The notes under the pieces were generated by a model. The model worked only from the letters and a program-made list of their open reading frames with translations. It did not search any database and was not told the origin of the DNA. Both the position numbers and the translations under genes were made by a program. From NCBI GenBank assembly GCA_026770705.1, contig JANJGN010000021.1, positions 90,706,001-90,770,000 of the forward strand: a stretch of DNA of 64,000 bases. The letters are read 5' to 3'. The stretch is from Isurus oxyrinchus. Its lineage: Eukaryota. Shown one piece after another: positions 25,993 to 39,079 of the stretch. Positions within the stretch are counted from its first letter, which is position 1; each line of letters begins with the position of its first letter.

Positions 25993-26849
25993 TATATTGA
26001 TTTCATTCTGACGAATTGAATAGGTTTTCAGGATCTGCCTAAAAAGAAAAAAAGAAGAGGAAGACATCTTAGCAATGTATGGTAGAATAACAATGATCAG
26101 AAAGGAATGGTTACATGGGTTGGAATCCTTCAAAGTTCTCAAGTCACCCATTCCAGAAGCGATGGATAGTACTTACTGATTGAGGTTGCGGGTTGCAGGG
26201 GTTCTGAGCAGAAATTATAAAATAGCTTTGGTATGGAAGTGTTGACAATGGTTTGGATGATTTTAAACATTGGACCATTTTTAAAGCGACATGGGGAGGA
26301 AATTACAACTACAGAGCCTTCAGTCTAATGTCAGTGGTGGAAAATCAACCAGAGAGAATTATCAGCGGAAATATTCATTCTCGCTTAATGAAGCATATGT
26401 TATGGCTGTGAGGCAAAGCATCAGAACAATCTCATTAAGAAATTTTATGAAGATCGTGAGAGCGGTGATGAATTCATTGCAGCAGATATCATCAGTAGAA
26501 ACGCACTTCCTGACTCACAATCATGCTTCCCAGTTATATGGTGATCAGTAAAGTGATGGCGTCACGTCAGCAATCCAGCATCATTGCATTTCTAATATTA
26601 TTCTTGAAGTTTGGCACGATCAAAGATAGCTCATCTCGAAAGCATCCCATCCTTCTTAGGCAGTTCCAGGGTTCAATGATGAGTTTCTTCCTCTACGGTT
26701 CTTTTAAATGGCTAATAAGTATAATGTGCGATCAACAGATTACGGTGAATTTGTGGCAGGTTGCACTAGACACCTTAGGTACAAAGAATGTTTGGAGGAT
26801 TGTGATGTCGCCGCAATGCCTTGACTTCATCTCTGCACATTTATAACAA

Positions 26850-27570
26850 AGTCTCGCGATGTGTTTGGTCTTTCCGACTGAAACTGCTCATTTTGGTCGG
26901 CCACATACCAAACGTACCTCTGACTCGACAGCTCGGTTTGACCTCTTCATGGATGCTTTGACCGAGATCAGTAAAACGTTTTTGTCGTCATTTTCAGAGC
27001 CCTCTACTTCGGCTGAGTTATGAGTAGAGCCGTTTCTCTGGGTGCCTTATGTCAGACATAAAATGCTCATGCCTTGTCTTGTACAGCTGGTTTTGAGTGA
27101 TTATTGCATTGATGCCGGGCAATTCACTTGAGGATAGAAGTTGCTGTGGGACCTTCTTGCTTACCCCAAGTTTGGAGGATCTCGTAAAGACACCGCTGGT
27201 GGCATTTTTCCAGTCATTTAATGTGCCTATTGTAGGTTTCCCTAGCCTGCAAAGCATTCAAGAGAGCTGGATCACTGCAGTCATGATATAACATGAGCCT
27301 CGAGTTTGAGATATTTTTACTGAACTGCTCTTTTGCTCAGTTGTCTGAAGGCCTACCTGGCATTTGGACTTGACGATTAATGCTGTTGCTTATGTTAGCC
27401 TTCGTCCCGTGGAGGCTACCAATGTGTAGAAAATCGTATGAGTTGTCCAGGATCTCACCGTTGATCTTAATTGACATGGGAAAGTCTTTTTTGTGTTGCA
27501 TCTGGTATGAAGGATGGTGTTTTCTATCTGTTAAATAAAAGACCCGTGTTATCGTATGCTTCAGAGACGT
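26850..27570 (-). mobile_element. RTE-clade LINE fragment
   Basis: ORF 27018..27257 LPGINAIITQNQL...HFMSDIRHPEKRLYS resembles RTE SIEAxIxxxQLRWxGHVxRMxDxRxPKxxLY. Confidence 0.7.
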
Positions 27571-27809
27571 TGTCTATAGTAACCTGGAGATCACGCAAAG
27601 CACCACTTGCGCACTGAAGCAACATGGCTGAAATTGGGGTGATTTTGCTTCTGCTTTTGTATTGAAGGCTTTCAGTTTAATGTATCCCAGTAGGTTCAGC
27701 AATTTACAAGCTGCTCTGCATGTTTTTCCCACGATACTTTGCTGGAGGTGAGGTGCAATATTTTCAGAGACAAAAATGTAGAAGAGTTGGAGAAATGGGA
27801 CAGATTGAT

Positions 27810-29110
27810 CCTTCTGAATGTCAGAACTCTGCAATCTGTCAACATTTAGGTAATGCTTCTTTGTTACGTATGCGAGCAAAATGGAAAATTTCATACCTTC
27901 CCTCATTATAGTCCACTTGGCGAATCTTTGTCCATTTACTTAACCTATCAAATCTTTTTGTAGGCTCCTTAAGTACTCCTCACATCTTACTATCCTAAGG
28001 ATCTTTGTGTCATCAGCAAAGTTAGAAACCTTTCCTTCTGTATCTTCATTCTAGTCATTGATATAATTTGCAAAATTTTGAGGCCCCAGAACTGATCCCT
28101 ATGGCACAGAACTCGTTGCATCTTGTCAACTAGAGAAGAAAAAATTATGGATACCCTCTGTTTCCTGTTAGCTAGTCAATCGTCTATCCATGCCAATATG
28201 TTCCCCTCTACACCATGAGGTTTTATGATTTGCAATAACCTTTGATGTGGAACCTTATCAAATGCCTTCTGGAAATAAAATTACAGTACTTCTATTGGTT
28301 CCCCTTTATCCACAGCATATGTTACTTCTTCAAAGAGCTCTAATAAATTCATTGATCATTATCACCATTGCACGAAACCACATTGATTCTGCCTCATTGC
28401 CTACATTTTTGCAAGTGCCATGCTATAACCTCTTGATTAATAATCTCTAACATGTTCACTATGACAGATGTTAAGTTAACTGGCCAGTAGTTTACTGCAC
28501 TATGTCTCCCTCCCTTGTTGAACAAAGGAGTTACATTCGCTATTTTCCAAACAATTGGAGTCTTCCCAGAATTTGGGAATTTTGGAAAATTAAGCACAAT
28601 GTATCAAATATCTTACTTTCTAAATCGTTTAAGATCTTAGAATGAAGACGTGTCAGCCAGCATCTCCCATAATTTTCTCATTACCAGTTCCCTGGTGATT
28701 GTATTTTTCTGGAGTTCCTCAGTTCTTTCCCATTTCCCAATTTACTGCTTTTTTGGGATGTGGCACATAACGTCTATAGTAAAGACCAATGCAAATTACT
28801 AGTCCAATTCATTTGCCATCCATTTATTTTCCATTATTAATCCCCCAGTGCGCTGTCTATCGTACGAACGCTCACTTTGTAAACTATTTGCTTTTTTCAG
28901 TATCTTTATGATTTCTTACTATCTGTCGTTATATTTCGAGTTAGCTTTCACCAGTCTTCTACTGTGTCCCTCCTTATGAACGTTTTCATCATTCTCTGAT
29001 TTTTTTTTATTCTGCCGACCTTCTGACTTGTCACCCAACTTTGTGCAATGATAGGTTTTTCTCTTTAGGTTTGATACTATCTTTAATATGCTGAGTCAAC
29101 CACGGATGTT
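27810..29110 (-). mobile_element. CR1 ORF2 fragment
   Basis: ORF 28394..28597 SGKTPIVWKIANVTPLFNKGGR..NYWPVNLTSV is a CR1 RT N-terminal motif. Confidence 0.9.
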
Positions 29111-30284
29111 AGTCACAGACTTCCCTCTTGTCCATGCCCCAATGACCCCTCTGCTCAAAATCTATTACATCTCTATATTTTTCCCCTGTTTAAGCGATAA
29201 AGGTTTTAACAATCATGTTTAAAATAATTCACAAAAGATCTAATTGAATGAAGAGACATTTCTTAAAACAGAGATTTGGAACGAAGTGCTTTAAAATGCA
29301 ATTAAGTAAAGTGCCTGATGAACCATGAAATGGCAATGGGGAACTAAATTTGAGAATAGATATTTTATACATTTGGCGAAGAAACGATAGATTGTAATGA
29401 TATGTGTGGCTATTCTTTTGGGAGGCAACAACAACACAATGGAATTACTGACCTCTTCTTTTGATGTACGTAATTTGGGCAGCAAAATTCAGCTAGTTGA
29501 GCTCGCCTTCTTCACCCATCCAATACAGATCAACGTGCTGAAGGTGATGTCCCAGGAGGCTTAGACAGTTTATGCATTATATTTTCCAGGTGTTACACTT
29601 TGCATCAAAAGTGTGACGAGTATAAAACAAGTAACTGCTTAAGGGGTTTTATAATATCAGCCCAATTCTGAATATTGTCTAGGCCTTGCTGCATAAGGAC
29701 ACAGTGTGCTTCAGTATCTGAGCAGTAGCGAATTGTGCTAATCATTGTGCAAGCTTCAGCGAGGGGGGACTTCACTTTTACAGTGTAAAACAAGAAGTAC
29801 GTTACTCTGGATAAGCTTAAGTGGCACGCTTGTTAAAAGGTTGCCATTTACTCCAATAGTTTTTCTAGCACTAGAAGCAAATAAACACGGAATGAAGTTT
29901 GGATTGAAGAAAGTTTGGAGACGTATTTGCTAATTAAAACTGCAGTCAGTGGACAGTTTTCTCACTTCTCCCATCCGCTTAACATTTTGCTAAACTTTAC
30001 TGATGCCATAGTCAGTCGATTGCTATTTTGATGTCAAGAACAGCCACTCTCTCGGCAGATCTGGTATATGATTGTCGGGAATATTTTGATGAAGCCTGCA
30101 GCGACGTAATGTGTCACAATGATCTTGTGTAACTGCAAGTAATCGCAAATATTGAGTCAATTGCTAATCCTTTTCTACACGATGGAACAAAAAAATTGAC
30201 TTTTAAAGTGTTTTTATATATATATATTTATTTAGAACAGGCGTTGTGTTTAATGCATTTTGACTTTCACCTTCAATCTTTCAG

Positions 30285-30311
30285 AGGACAAGATACGTGA
30301 GGTTCAATTAG
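30285..30311 (+). CDS. Microexon 7, 27 nt ((E)DKIREVQL)
   Basis: ccttcaatctttcag|AGGACAAGATACGTGAGGTTCAATTAG|gtaaag. Confidence 0.88.
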   Translation, partial: RTRYVRFN

Positions 30312-31366
30312 GTAAAGTATGACTTCCATGTTAACATTAGTTTAGAGCTTACCTTACAACAGCAATAAAGGACTCCCACCCAAAAACCTACACTCATGTT
30401 TCCTTACGGAACATGATTACAACAAGTTGAATTAGTTTCAGCAGAAATATTCAGGGCACCCTTGGTGAATTGATGTACTGTCAAAGCCTACAAAAAGAAA
30501 TGAGTACTGTTAAAGACATTCAAATTAAAGTAATAATTTCAGTGGGTTCTTATGTGTTATTTTGCAGTTATCAATCCTTTGACCATAATCTAGTTTCCGA
30601 AATGGTCTTATTCTGTGCTGCATGGTTCTATCAGACCACGTTACAAAATTATGCACAGACATTGCAAGAACGTGTATTTGTGTAGCAAATACCAAACCAA
30701 ACTTGAAAAGCAGCAAATTTTAGAAGAGATTTGTAAATCTTAAGAGTTTATAATGCAGTCAAAGATTTTTTCCTGCTTATGTTATATTTATCTTACATAT
30801 CCCATCTATTTGCAGCCTATTGGTGAAGCCTATTGGGTCCATTGTGAAAAGGGTTAGAAAACGGCTGCTTCTTTCGGGTTATGCTAGCCTTACCGAAATA
30901 TAGCATGAGAGGGCAGAAAGGCAGAGGAGATTTCAATTTTCTTTGGAAGTTACAATATTGGACCCCCAATTATTTCCTGAAATTTGGATAAGTAAATACA
31001 GCTAAAAAGTTCAATGGGAAGATTGCAAATAATATTTTAAGTTGGGAAAAACAAAACATTGATGATCTGGAAAATTCGACCGTGAATTCTGGATCAGTGA
31101 CCAGTTACATAAACTGCCAAAATTCCCAATCAAGAAAATGTCAAATTTCGTGCAAACTATCACAAAGTGAGTATAAATGCTAAGTTATGCCGCTATGTCA
31201 ACTCTCAAACAATTTTTATGGTAAAAAAAATGTTTACTTCTGTCATATGGACATGTATCCCATGAATTCTAACGCCAATGAATGACCAATGACGCATGAT
31301 TGGAATTGCTTATTGAAGTGTACTTAATGTAGTGTGGATAATTGGCATTGCTTTTATTTCTGTCAG

Positions 31367-31402
31367 AACGTCAGAAAATAGAAGCCATTCATCGGAATAT
31401 TG
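31367..31402 (+). CDS. Microexon 8, 36 nt ((E)RQKIEAIHRNI)
   Basis: cttttatttctgtcag|AACGTCAG...GAATATTG|gtaagg. Confidence 0.88.
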
Positions 31403-31903
31403 GTAAGGCCACTGATACTCCCAGCATTACATTGTTTTTAATTTAAATTGAACGAGAATGTTCTTGAGCATTGTATAAGGCTTATCAGGGCTTCATTTTA
31501 ATTTTTGAGGTGGGGGAAAATCCAAGTATGTAGTGTTCCTGTGGATTTTCCTAAGGCCTTCACCAGCGCTCAGCCCCCCACCACCACCCTCCCCATAACA
31601 ACGTAGAAGTGGAGCTTCTGTGAATTTGCAGACGCAGATGGGAAGAGCACCAACTTTTTTTTACTACTTGAAAAGAGTCGATATGCAAGGGACCTAACGA
31701 AGAAATGGATAATTGTTCTCCTTTCCTGCACATGAGCCACTAACTAACTCCAGGAAGAACATGGCCCTGAAAATTCGTGGGGCGATCAATAGACAGTTGT
31801 GAATAGCTGTGTGATTAACCGATGGAAGTACTAACACGCGTAGCTGCCAGCTTTGATGAAATATGTGTTTTGTTTGCCTAGAAATTTGCTGCAGTAACGT
31901 TTT

Positions 31904-32346
31904 CCTCTCTGCCGAAAGTGATTTATTTTTCTACTAATATATTGGTTTCCTTTCTTCGCCTGAATGTCATAAAACACTGGACCATATTCCTGTACGTTTT
32001 GTATTCCTCAGGCATTTTCCGCTACAGCCTCTCACAACAATTCTTCCCAGTGACTCATAACATTGAAGCAGACAATATCACAGCTTGTGAGCAATCAACA
32101 AGCCTGCCATATGTGTTATATAAATGGACCGTTAGGCCTGTACGCTGTGAAGAGGTTAGGTCCGAGGACCAGGGGGCAACACGGGTCTCTTCAGGTCCCT
32201 CACAACCTCTGAGTCTACATAGAAAAATCTACTATTTATACTCTCTGTTTTGACAATGTCCTCTGTGCCGGAAGTTATTTATTTCTACTAATATATTGAT
32301 TCCCATTCTTCGGCTGGATGTCCTGAAAACTGTACTACACTCCTGT
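31904..32346 (+). repeat. Pair of diverged direct repeats of about 88 bp (31904-31993 and 32260-32346)
   Basis: Both read cctct.tgccg.aagt.atttattt(t)ctactaatatattg.tt.c..ttcttcg.ctg.atgtc...tcctgt. Confidence 0.85.
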
Positions 32347-32519
32347 CCTTCACAGATTGGCAGAAAGTGCTCGATTTTCGGAAGAGCTGACAATCCTTTG
32401 AAAAGTTCAAAAAGCTTATAGTTTTTTAAAGTAATTTATCCAGTCACTGGGATTTTTTCTTTCCTACACGTGCAAATCCAAAAATTAACCAAGGGGAGTG
32501 TAACAGATCTGGTTTGCAT

Positions 32520-32735
32520 TCTCGGCAGGCCTAACAGCAGCAGTGGAGAGAGAGACAGAGTTAACTTTCGAGTCCGTATGACCCTTCTTCAGTGCCATAC
32601 GGAGTCATATGGGTCAGATGGGCTCTAAACCTTAACGCTCTCTTTCTCTCCACAGATGCTGTTCGACCTGCTGAGTTTTTCCAGCATTTTGTTTTTGTTT
32701 CAGATATCCAGCATCTGCAGTATTTTGCCTTTATC
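32520..32735. mobile_element. Fold-back pair of Penelope-type termini
   Basis: gcaggcctaacagcagcagtggagagagagacagagttaac...(spacer)...ttaacgctctctttctctccacagatgctgttcgacctgctgag are imperfect reverse complements. Confidence 0.8.
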
Positions 32736-35319
32736 TTCATTTTGTGTTCTGCCAATTCTGGATGATAACGTTCCATGTTAATTCTAAATGGGGCAGCAGC
32801 AAGCATGAATTGTCCATTGACCTCTCCTCAGTGCAGGCCTGAGAACATAATTTTATCCTTAAACAGGAAGAGAATACCTCACTGACAATAAAGGATATCT
32901 CGGACATCACAATATGGCACAACCCTGGCTCATTTCCTTGCAGCATTTCATTGTGGACATTGAACATCAGTTCAAGCCTCGGCTTTTTAATTGATTGGCA
33001 CCATTTTACGAATGGTACGTGGTATTTTAGTGATATTTCGCTTATTTGTCCTTCATAGAGGAAATAATGCGTCGTCAAGACTCAGGTAAAAAAACATTGG
33101 GGTTAAATCTAGCTGGGTTGAGATAGAAAAAGAGATGCAATCGCTTTGGCCACCAGCCATCTGGAAAACTGATATTCAGTTATATTACAGTCAATGAAAG
33201 TCAATATCAGGCGACTATATATCAATAGTCCCAAAATAAGATTTTTAACGTTTCAATCCCTGTCAATATGCAATTATCACCTCGTGGATCTACTTTATTC
33301 CAAATTTGAGATTAAATAATCAAGCGATAACACCTAACCCCAGTTTTCTCGCTTTCTAATAAAGTGGTGGGAGCTTTATTTTAATGTTTCAATCATGAAC
33401 GTCTGACGAACCTGAAGCTCTGAAGAATGAATGTAATGTCACTCAAGTGCTAGCAGTTGAATCTTCGAATTTGCAGTGGAATTAAGTTGGCTGGTTTCTC
33501 CATTGTTTTGAAAGATTACAAACGTTGCTGTCCTTGTTCACCAGTAGTTGATTGTGAGAATTTTTTAACGTGCTGTGTAATGTGCCGATTAGGCAGACGG
33601 CTTTGTTTGTTGATAGTGCTAAGCTTCTTGCGCATTTGTGAATTACATGGAGAGTATTAAATCACGCTCCAGATATCAGGGAGTCAGGTGACGATTTCCC
33701 AGCCTCTGACAAGGTCTTGCAGACACAGCATTCCAGCTGCATTTGGGCAATTTTTACCACGAGCATGCTGTTTTAATCAGACTCATCGACGGTTTTACTG
33801 CTGAAAGTGAATATGACATGGATAGATAGTTTTTCCATGGAACGTTATTGTCTGGAATTTGTTTGGTGCGAATGTCTTTTGCCACTTGAAGGCTTAAGCC
33901 TTTAGTTGTCCATGCCTTTTTGTATTTGGGCACGGACTGCCTCGTTATCTGATAACCCCCGAAAGGTACAGAACACTTCGCAATGGACGTAAATGCCCAA
34001 TGAACGAAATTGTCCTCTTGGGCCCTGTGATTTAATAGTAGTAATTGATGAAGAAGCTAAAAATCTTTGGCCGGATGGTTCTGTCCTGAGGACTCAACGA
34101 AATCATGAGGGTGGGATTATTGGTCTCCAACAACCAGAATGCTGATTGTGAAGGATGTACTTCTCCAGCGGTGTTCAAACATGCACTATATTAATCAGTA
34201 GTATTAAAAAGTAACAACTTATGAATGTATGCAAGGTCTACTTGGAGAATCTGAATACAGATTTACAATGAATATAAATGTTACGGGTAAAATTAAGGGT
34301 AAATTTTCAAAACCGGAGATGTATAGAATTGCTTTGCTTCTGAAGCATAAGAACAAAATGTGTTTGCTCAACTAGGCTGCCTTCATAAAATAGAACATAT
34401 CAAACTTTTATTGTCCTATATGCGGAAGCAGAATTCAGCATTTATTTTAAAGTTGAGAGAAGAATTGAAGTTCTCCAGTGATCTCTAATGCTGCAGTGAG
34501 GAATTACGACATCACAGCGGTGGTGCTAATGGTTCTATAACTTTGGGAAGAAATGACACAGTAAGAAACATATTTTCGTTTCCACAATAAAAATGTCATT
34601 ATTGGACAGTAATGGAACAAACGGTGAAAACGAAATTCAATTCACAAATGCATATACTGCGCCTTGTTTGTGTAATAGCACACATGCATACACGACCAAT
34701 GGAATTGTAGAATTCAGTTGCCAGAAACTAAATATATTGTATCCATGGTTCAGGACTTCTCCAAAGCTTTCAGCATAGTAACAGAATTTTTCATTTATCC
34801 AAATCTTATGAAAAGAATGACACTAAATTTGAATCGTTCATATTTACTAAGTATGAGGAATTAGAGAATGTAAATGTTAAAATGCAAATAGTATGTCAGC
34901 ACATACAGTACAAATCACCAAACAATCCTCCAACAGGTAGACCGCAGTGCCACTGTAAGTGTGATCTGTTAGCAATAGAGCTACTTCAAGTGCCAGAATG
35001 ATTTGGTAAATGATAGGCATCAGGAGAGAATGGAATAACAGGAAAACATGAGACCAAACCTCAAATAATAAAAATAAAAGGTTGCATTTTTCAAAGTAGC
35101 TTGCCATATAATTGGTATTATGCGATCAATGCCATGGTCACCTGTTGAACAAAAGCAAAACACTGTGGGCGCCGGACGTCTGAAATAAAAACAGAAAGTC
35201 ATGGTCTGTGGAGAGAGAAACAGAGTTTACCCATAACGTCCGAGATCCGGAGCACCATATCTGGGGCTTATCGAAAAGATGCTTGCGGACGCAATCCCGT
35301 CAAAACCATGAGCACACAA

Positions 35320-36330
35320 CCCTCCCAATGACTCACCACCACCACCACCCCCCCCCGCCCCACCCAGTCCCTGCCCCACCCCCCCCCCCAACCCCCACGC
35401 CGGAAATGTTCAATTAAGTATTGCATTCAACTTGTCCAGGAAGTTAGAATAATTAAAACCAATCATGTCTTCCATATAACTGTTGCACTGACTCACATCG
35501 ACACCCCACAGGACTCAGCCAACCATACGCACCTGAAGCCCCACTGCCAACAGGCCTCGCCCCACTAGCCTCCCAACCAACAGTGAGAAAGCACTTTGCT
35601 CCCCAACGGACACCCCTTACTCCCCGACTACCCCATCCATAACCACTGAGTGCCAACCTATTGCCCAACAAGCACGCTTTGACCCATCATGGCACCTCCG
35701 GACGACAAACCCACCTCTGAAAGCACTGGACTCCTGGCTACTGCTCCTGCCCCTAACTCATAAGTATGTTTCTATCACTACCACCCACCCCACTGCCCAC
35801 CGCCGCCCACCCATCCAAGACCTCCCATGGAACATCCCGAGGTTCCGGGGAACACCCTTCTGCACAGCTGATCCCCCGACTGCCCCCACTGCTCCAACAG
35901 CCCTCCTCACCACCCACATCACGACTGTCCTCCCCACCCCCTACTCTCCCTCACACGTGCAACTTCCCCATACCCCATGGCTGCTGTCCCCACCTCTACA
36001 TTTCATCACAACTGCCCAGAATTCTCACCACACAAACTGAATGCTCTCGTCCCCCGACTTTCTACTACCCACGATTGCTCCTACCGGAGACGGCTGTCTC
36101 TGCTCCTCGACTACACACCCGCCCCCGACTGCCACCCACCCACCTGACTGCCCTCTCTATTCCCTGACTAAACTGCCACTCCGCCGACTGCTCTATCTAT
36201 ACACCACCATCCCTCCACTCGCCCGATTATGCGCCCCACTTCCTCAGATTGACCTGCCACCACCTGTCTACACCCCACACCCCCACCACCCCACCCCGAA
36301 CCCCTGGCCCCGCCCGAGTCAGTTGCCACT
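35320..36330. repeat. C-rich low-complexity tract
   Basis: Runs of ccc(a/t) and recurring ccccgactgccc words; explains the Pro-rich and Gly-rich ORFs here. Confidence 0.8.
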
Positions 36331-37327
36331 CCGTAGAAGTAATGGCTCTTCTTTTGAACTGAACGAAGTTCATAATATGATGTGTTATGCTTTTGAAAAT
36401 GGAGGGTGAGCCTAGTGGAGCACAACACAAGGTCAGGGGTGGCGTAGATAAATAGAGAAGTTCAGTAACAAAACTGTTGTGAAACTCAGGGAATGGAAGC
36501 AGACATTATAAGTTAAGACAATGATTTTGGCCAATGAATTTGTTAGCAGCTGAATAATGGTGAGCATTGTCTGAAATCAAAATAGCAGCACATTCTGCCA
36601 TTTTGCTTTCAGACAGTGCAGACTTTAATTTGCTATAAACACATTCAGGTATTTTGCTTTCTCAGAGCTCAAGGAACAGGCTAACGATTTCTCAGCTTCC
36701 CTTTGTTGGACATAAGTACTTTCCAATAAACTCCCAGGTCTTTGCGCATGGCTTGGACCTCCTCTTGCCACGGCAAAATACTGGCGAGGGCGGGATCAGG
36801 CCCTTAAATGGTCACTCGCTGGTTTTTCCATGGTACTCGCTTTAAAATTCGCAATGGCTTCAAATGCAGTCCTTGAAATTTATGTCAAGTGTGTTGAAAC
36901 TTTTGCTAACACATTGGGCACAATTTTATGCCAGCGGCATTTTTTGGTCTAGGCAAAGTCAGTCAAATTTTGAACCATATATCCGATTGGTACAGGCCCG
37001 CTCCCACTTCGCCAGGGCTGTTAATTCTGTCCAGTATGTGGAACCTGCTAACAGACGAAAGGGAGGCAAAAAAGGCTCTTTGTATTGGCGGAATAGCAAA
37101 ATATATTACAAAAGAAAGACAACTGTAGAGTATTAAACATTTTAAAAAGTGAACATACAATTATTAAAACTGAGGTGGATTCCCTGTGCCTAGCCATCAT
37201 TGAATAATAGCGTGTTGTGCTTTAAATCCAGCATTTGAAAAATTCTGTCATTTGCCCACTCGGCAAATTAGGTGATAAATCCCCCTGACGTCACCACTAA
37301 TAAGATTTCTATGCTTTTTTTTTGCAG

Positions 37328-37345
37328 AAACAAGTGTTGATCCAG
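37328..37345 (+). CDS. Microexon 9, 18 nt ((E)TSVDP)
   Basis: gctttttttttgcag|AAACAAGTGTTGATCCAG|gtaaaa. Confidence 0.75.
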
Positions 37346-37413
37346 GTAAAAAGAAATATGGAAAGCTTCAGTGTGTGCTGTCGTCTCCTAATTGCCCCAT
37401 ACAACCAACGACG

Positions 37414-37433
37414 CCCCCCACGCCCCCCTCCCT

Positions 37434-37469
<36 letters not shown>

Positions 37470-37483
37470 ACCACACACACACA
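37414..37483. repeat. Poly-C tract followed by (CA)n
   Basis: About 35 consecutive C at 37435-37469, then cacacacaca. Confidence 0.9.
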
Positions 37484-38993
37484 CCTTAAATACCATCACA
37501 TATTTGTCAGTTATTCCTAAGTGCACCACTGGAAATATGATGATGGGTTCACTTTGCCTATTGAAATGTTGTCATCTGCGTGGCCTGACATTTGACAGAT
37601 GAACGGGCCCAAATTTTAAATCCATCTATGCCAATTGGATAGAAAGTCGCAGCAACATCTAAATATTTCTGGCCACCTTCTTTATGGAAAGTTGGGTCTG
37701 TGCCTTTTCGTTTTGCCAATTTCCGCCGATGTCTCACCAAATCATCAACGCTTCCATGAGAAATTCCCTTCACTATATTCCTAGACATTTCCTTGGCGTT
37801 AATTTCAGAACATCATCACTTATGAATTGATGACTCAAACAACAGAACTTCCCTTTGATGGCATCTGAGCATGTCTTCGCCATCCATGCCCTCCAGACAC
37901 ACAATTGACTGGTAGAAATGCTGTAAACTGGCAATTCTTAATAGACAATTAAGCTGGAGCTTGTGTTGACCCTTCAGAATTGGAAAAACTACGAACTCGT
38001 CTGCAAGAAGCAGGTGAGGAGAAAGAATATATTCCCGGTAATCCTCGTTCAGAAGTCTGCATTCGCAGCATGTGAGGAATTTTACTGCCCCGTCATGGGG
38101 CGGGAGGAGCCATAAAATGGGGAGAGCCATTCAAAAGCCCATTGCCCTTGCCATAAAATTTTGCCCAGCACATTTTCTGCATTGAGGATGAAATTTACTT
38201 AAAATTTGTTAAATGCGATTCCTATGCTATGAAAACATCCCTGTGCAAAATAGACGCATAAATTCGCAAATTCTAAGGGCATGTTGGATGCCATGCATTT
38301 GACTAGAAAAAATTGATTGATTAAAAATGCCTTTTTGAAAGGCTCGCTACATTTTACGGCCACATTCCCGCCCGCGCCATGATGGAGCCATGAAATCCAA
38401 TCCCAACAAATGACTTATTGACATGGATATCTAACATCATGAGCCTTGAGTATCTCAACGAGTCTTGTGGCAAGGCACTTAATATAAATAAGCTATAGCA
38501 AAAAGAGTAAACACTGTGCCAATGAAACAGTTAACAGTTTAGGAATGGGCGATTGAATGTAATATAAACGAAGAGACTCTTGAAAACGAAGGGATCCCTT
38601 GCCAAACATATTTGCGCTAAATTCTGTTGATGACAACACAGTGACAACACTCAAGTAATACTCTTGGATATTTTGAAATGAAGATATCCAAATCAATAGA
38701 TTTACTGAAAAAAACTAGAAAGCTGAAAATCTGCTGAAAATCGCATGGAAAATACACAACTAATCTCGTTCACTTAAACTTGTGCGTTAGTGCAGCATAT
38801 GACAATAAATCTTACGTACTTGCATAGATAAAATCAGTGGCAAGCTGATAGAGTACTGAGCATTTTCATCGTGAAATTGACTATGAAACATGTTACTTTG
38901 AAACAAGTCATTCTGATGTGGCATAACTGATTTAGGTGACTAATAATTGCCTGGAATTTACAGTTTTAAACGTAATGCATTTTTATTTTGCAG

Positions 38994-39020
38994 AATTGGA
39001 AGCGTCCAGAAAAGATGCAG
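38994..39020 (+). CDS. Microexon 10, 27 nt ((E)LEASRKDA)
   Basis: catttttattttgcag|AATTGGAAGCGTCCAGAAAAGATGCAG|gttgaa; strong acceptor, modest donor. Confidence 0.8.
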
Positions 39021-39079
39021 GTTGAAAACTATGGAATATTTATCTTGCATTATATGTGGTGCACCTCTTGAAGGGCAAA

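Noticed and set aside
35208-37602. Pro-rich and His-rich ORFs
   Set aside because: Translations of C-rich low-complexity DNA and poly-C; no splice or homology support.
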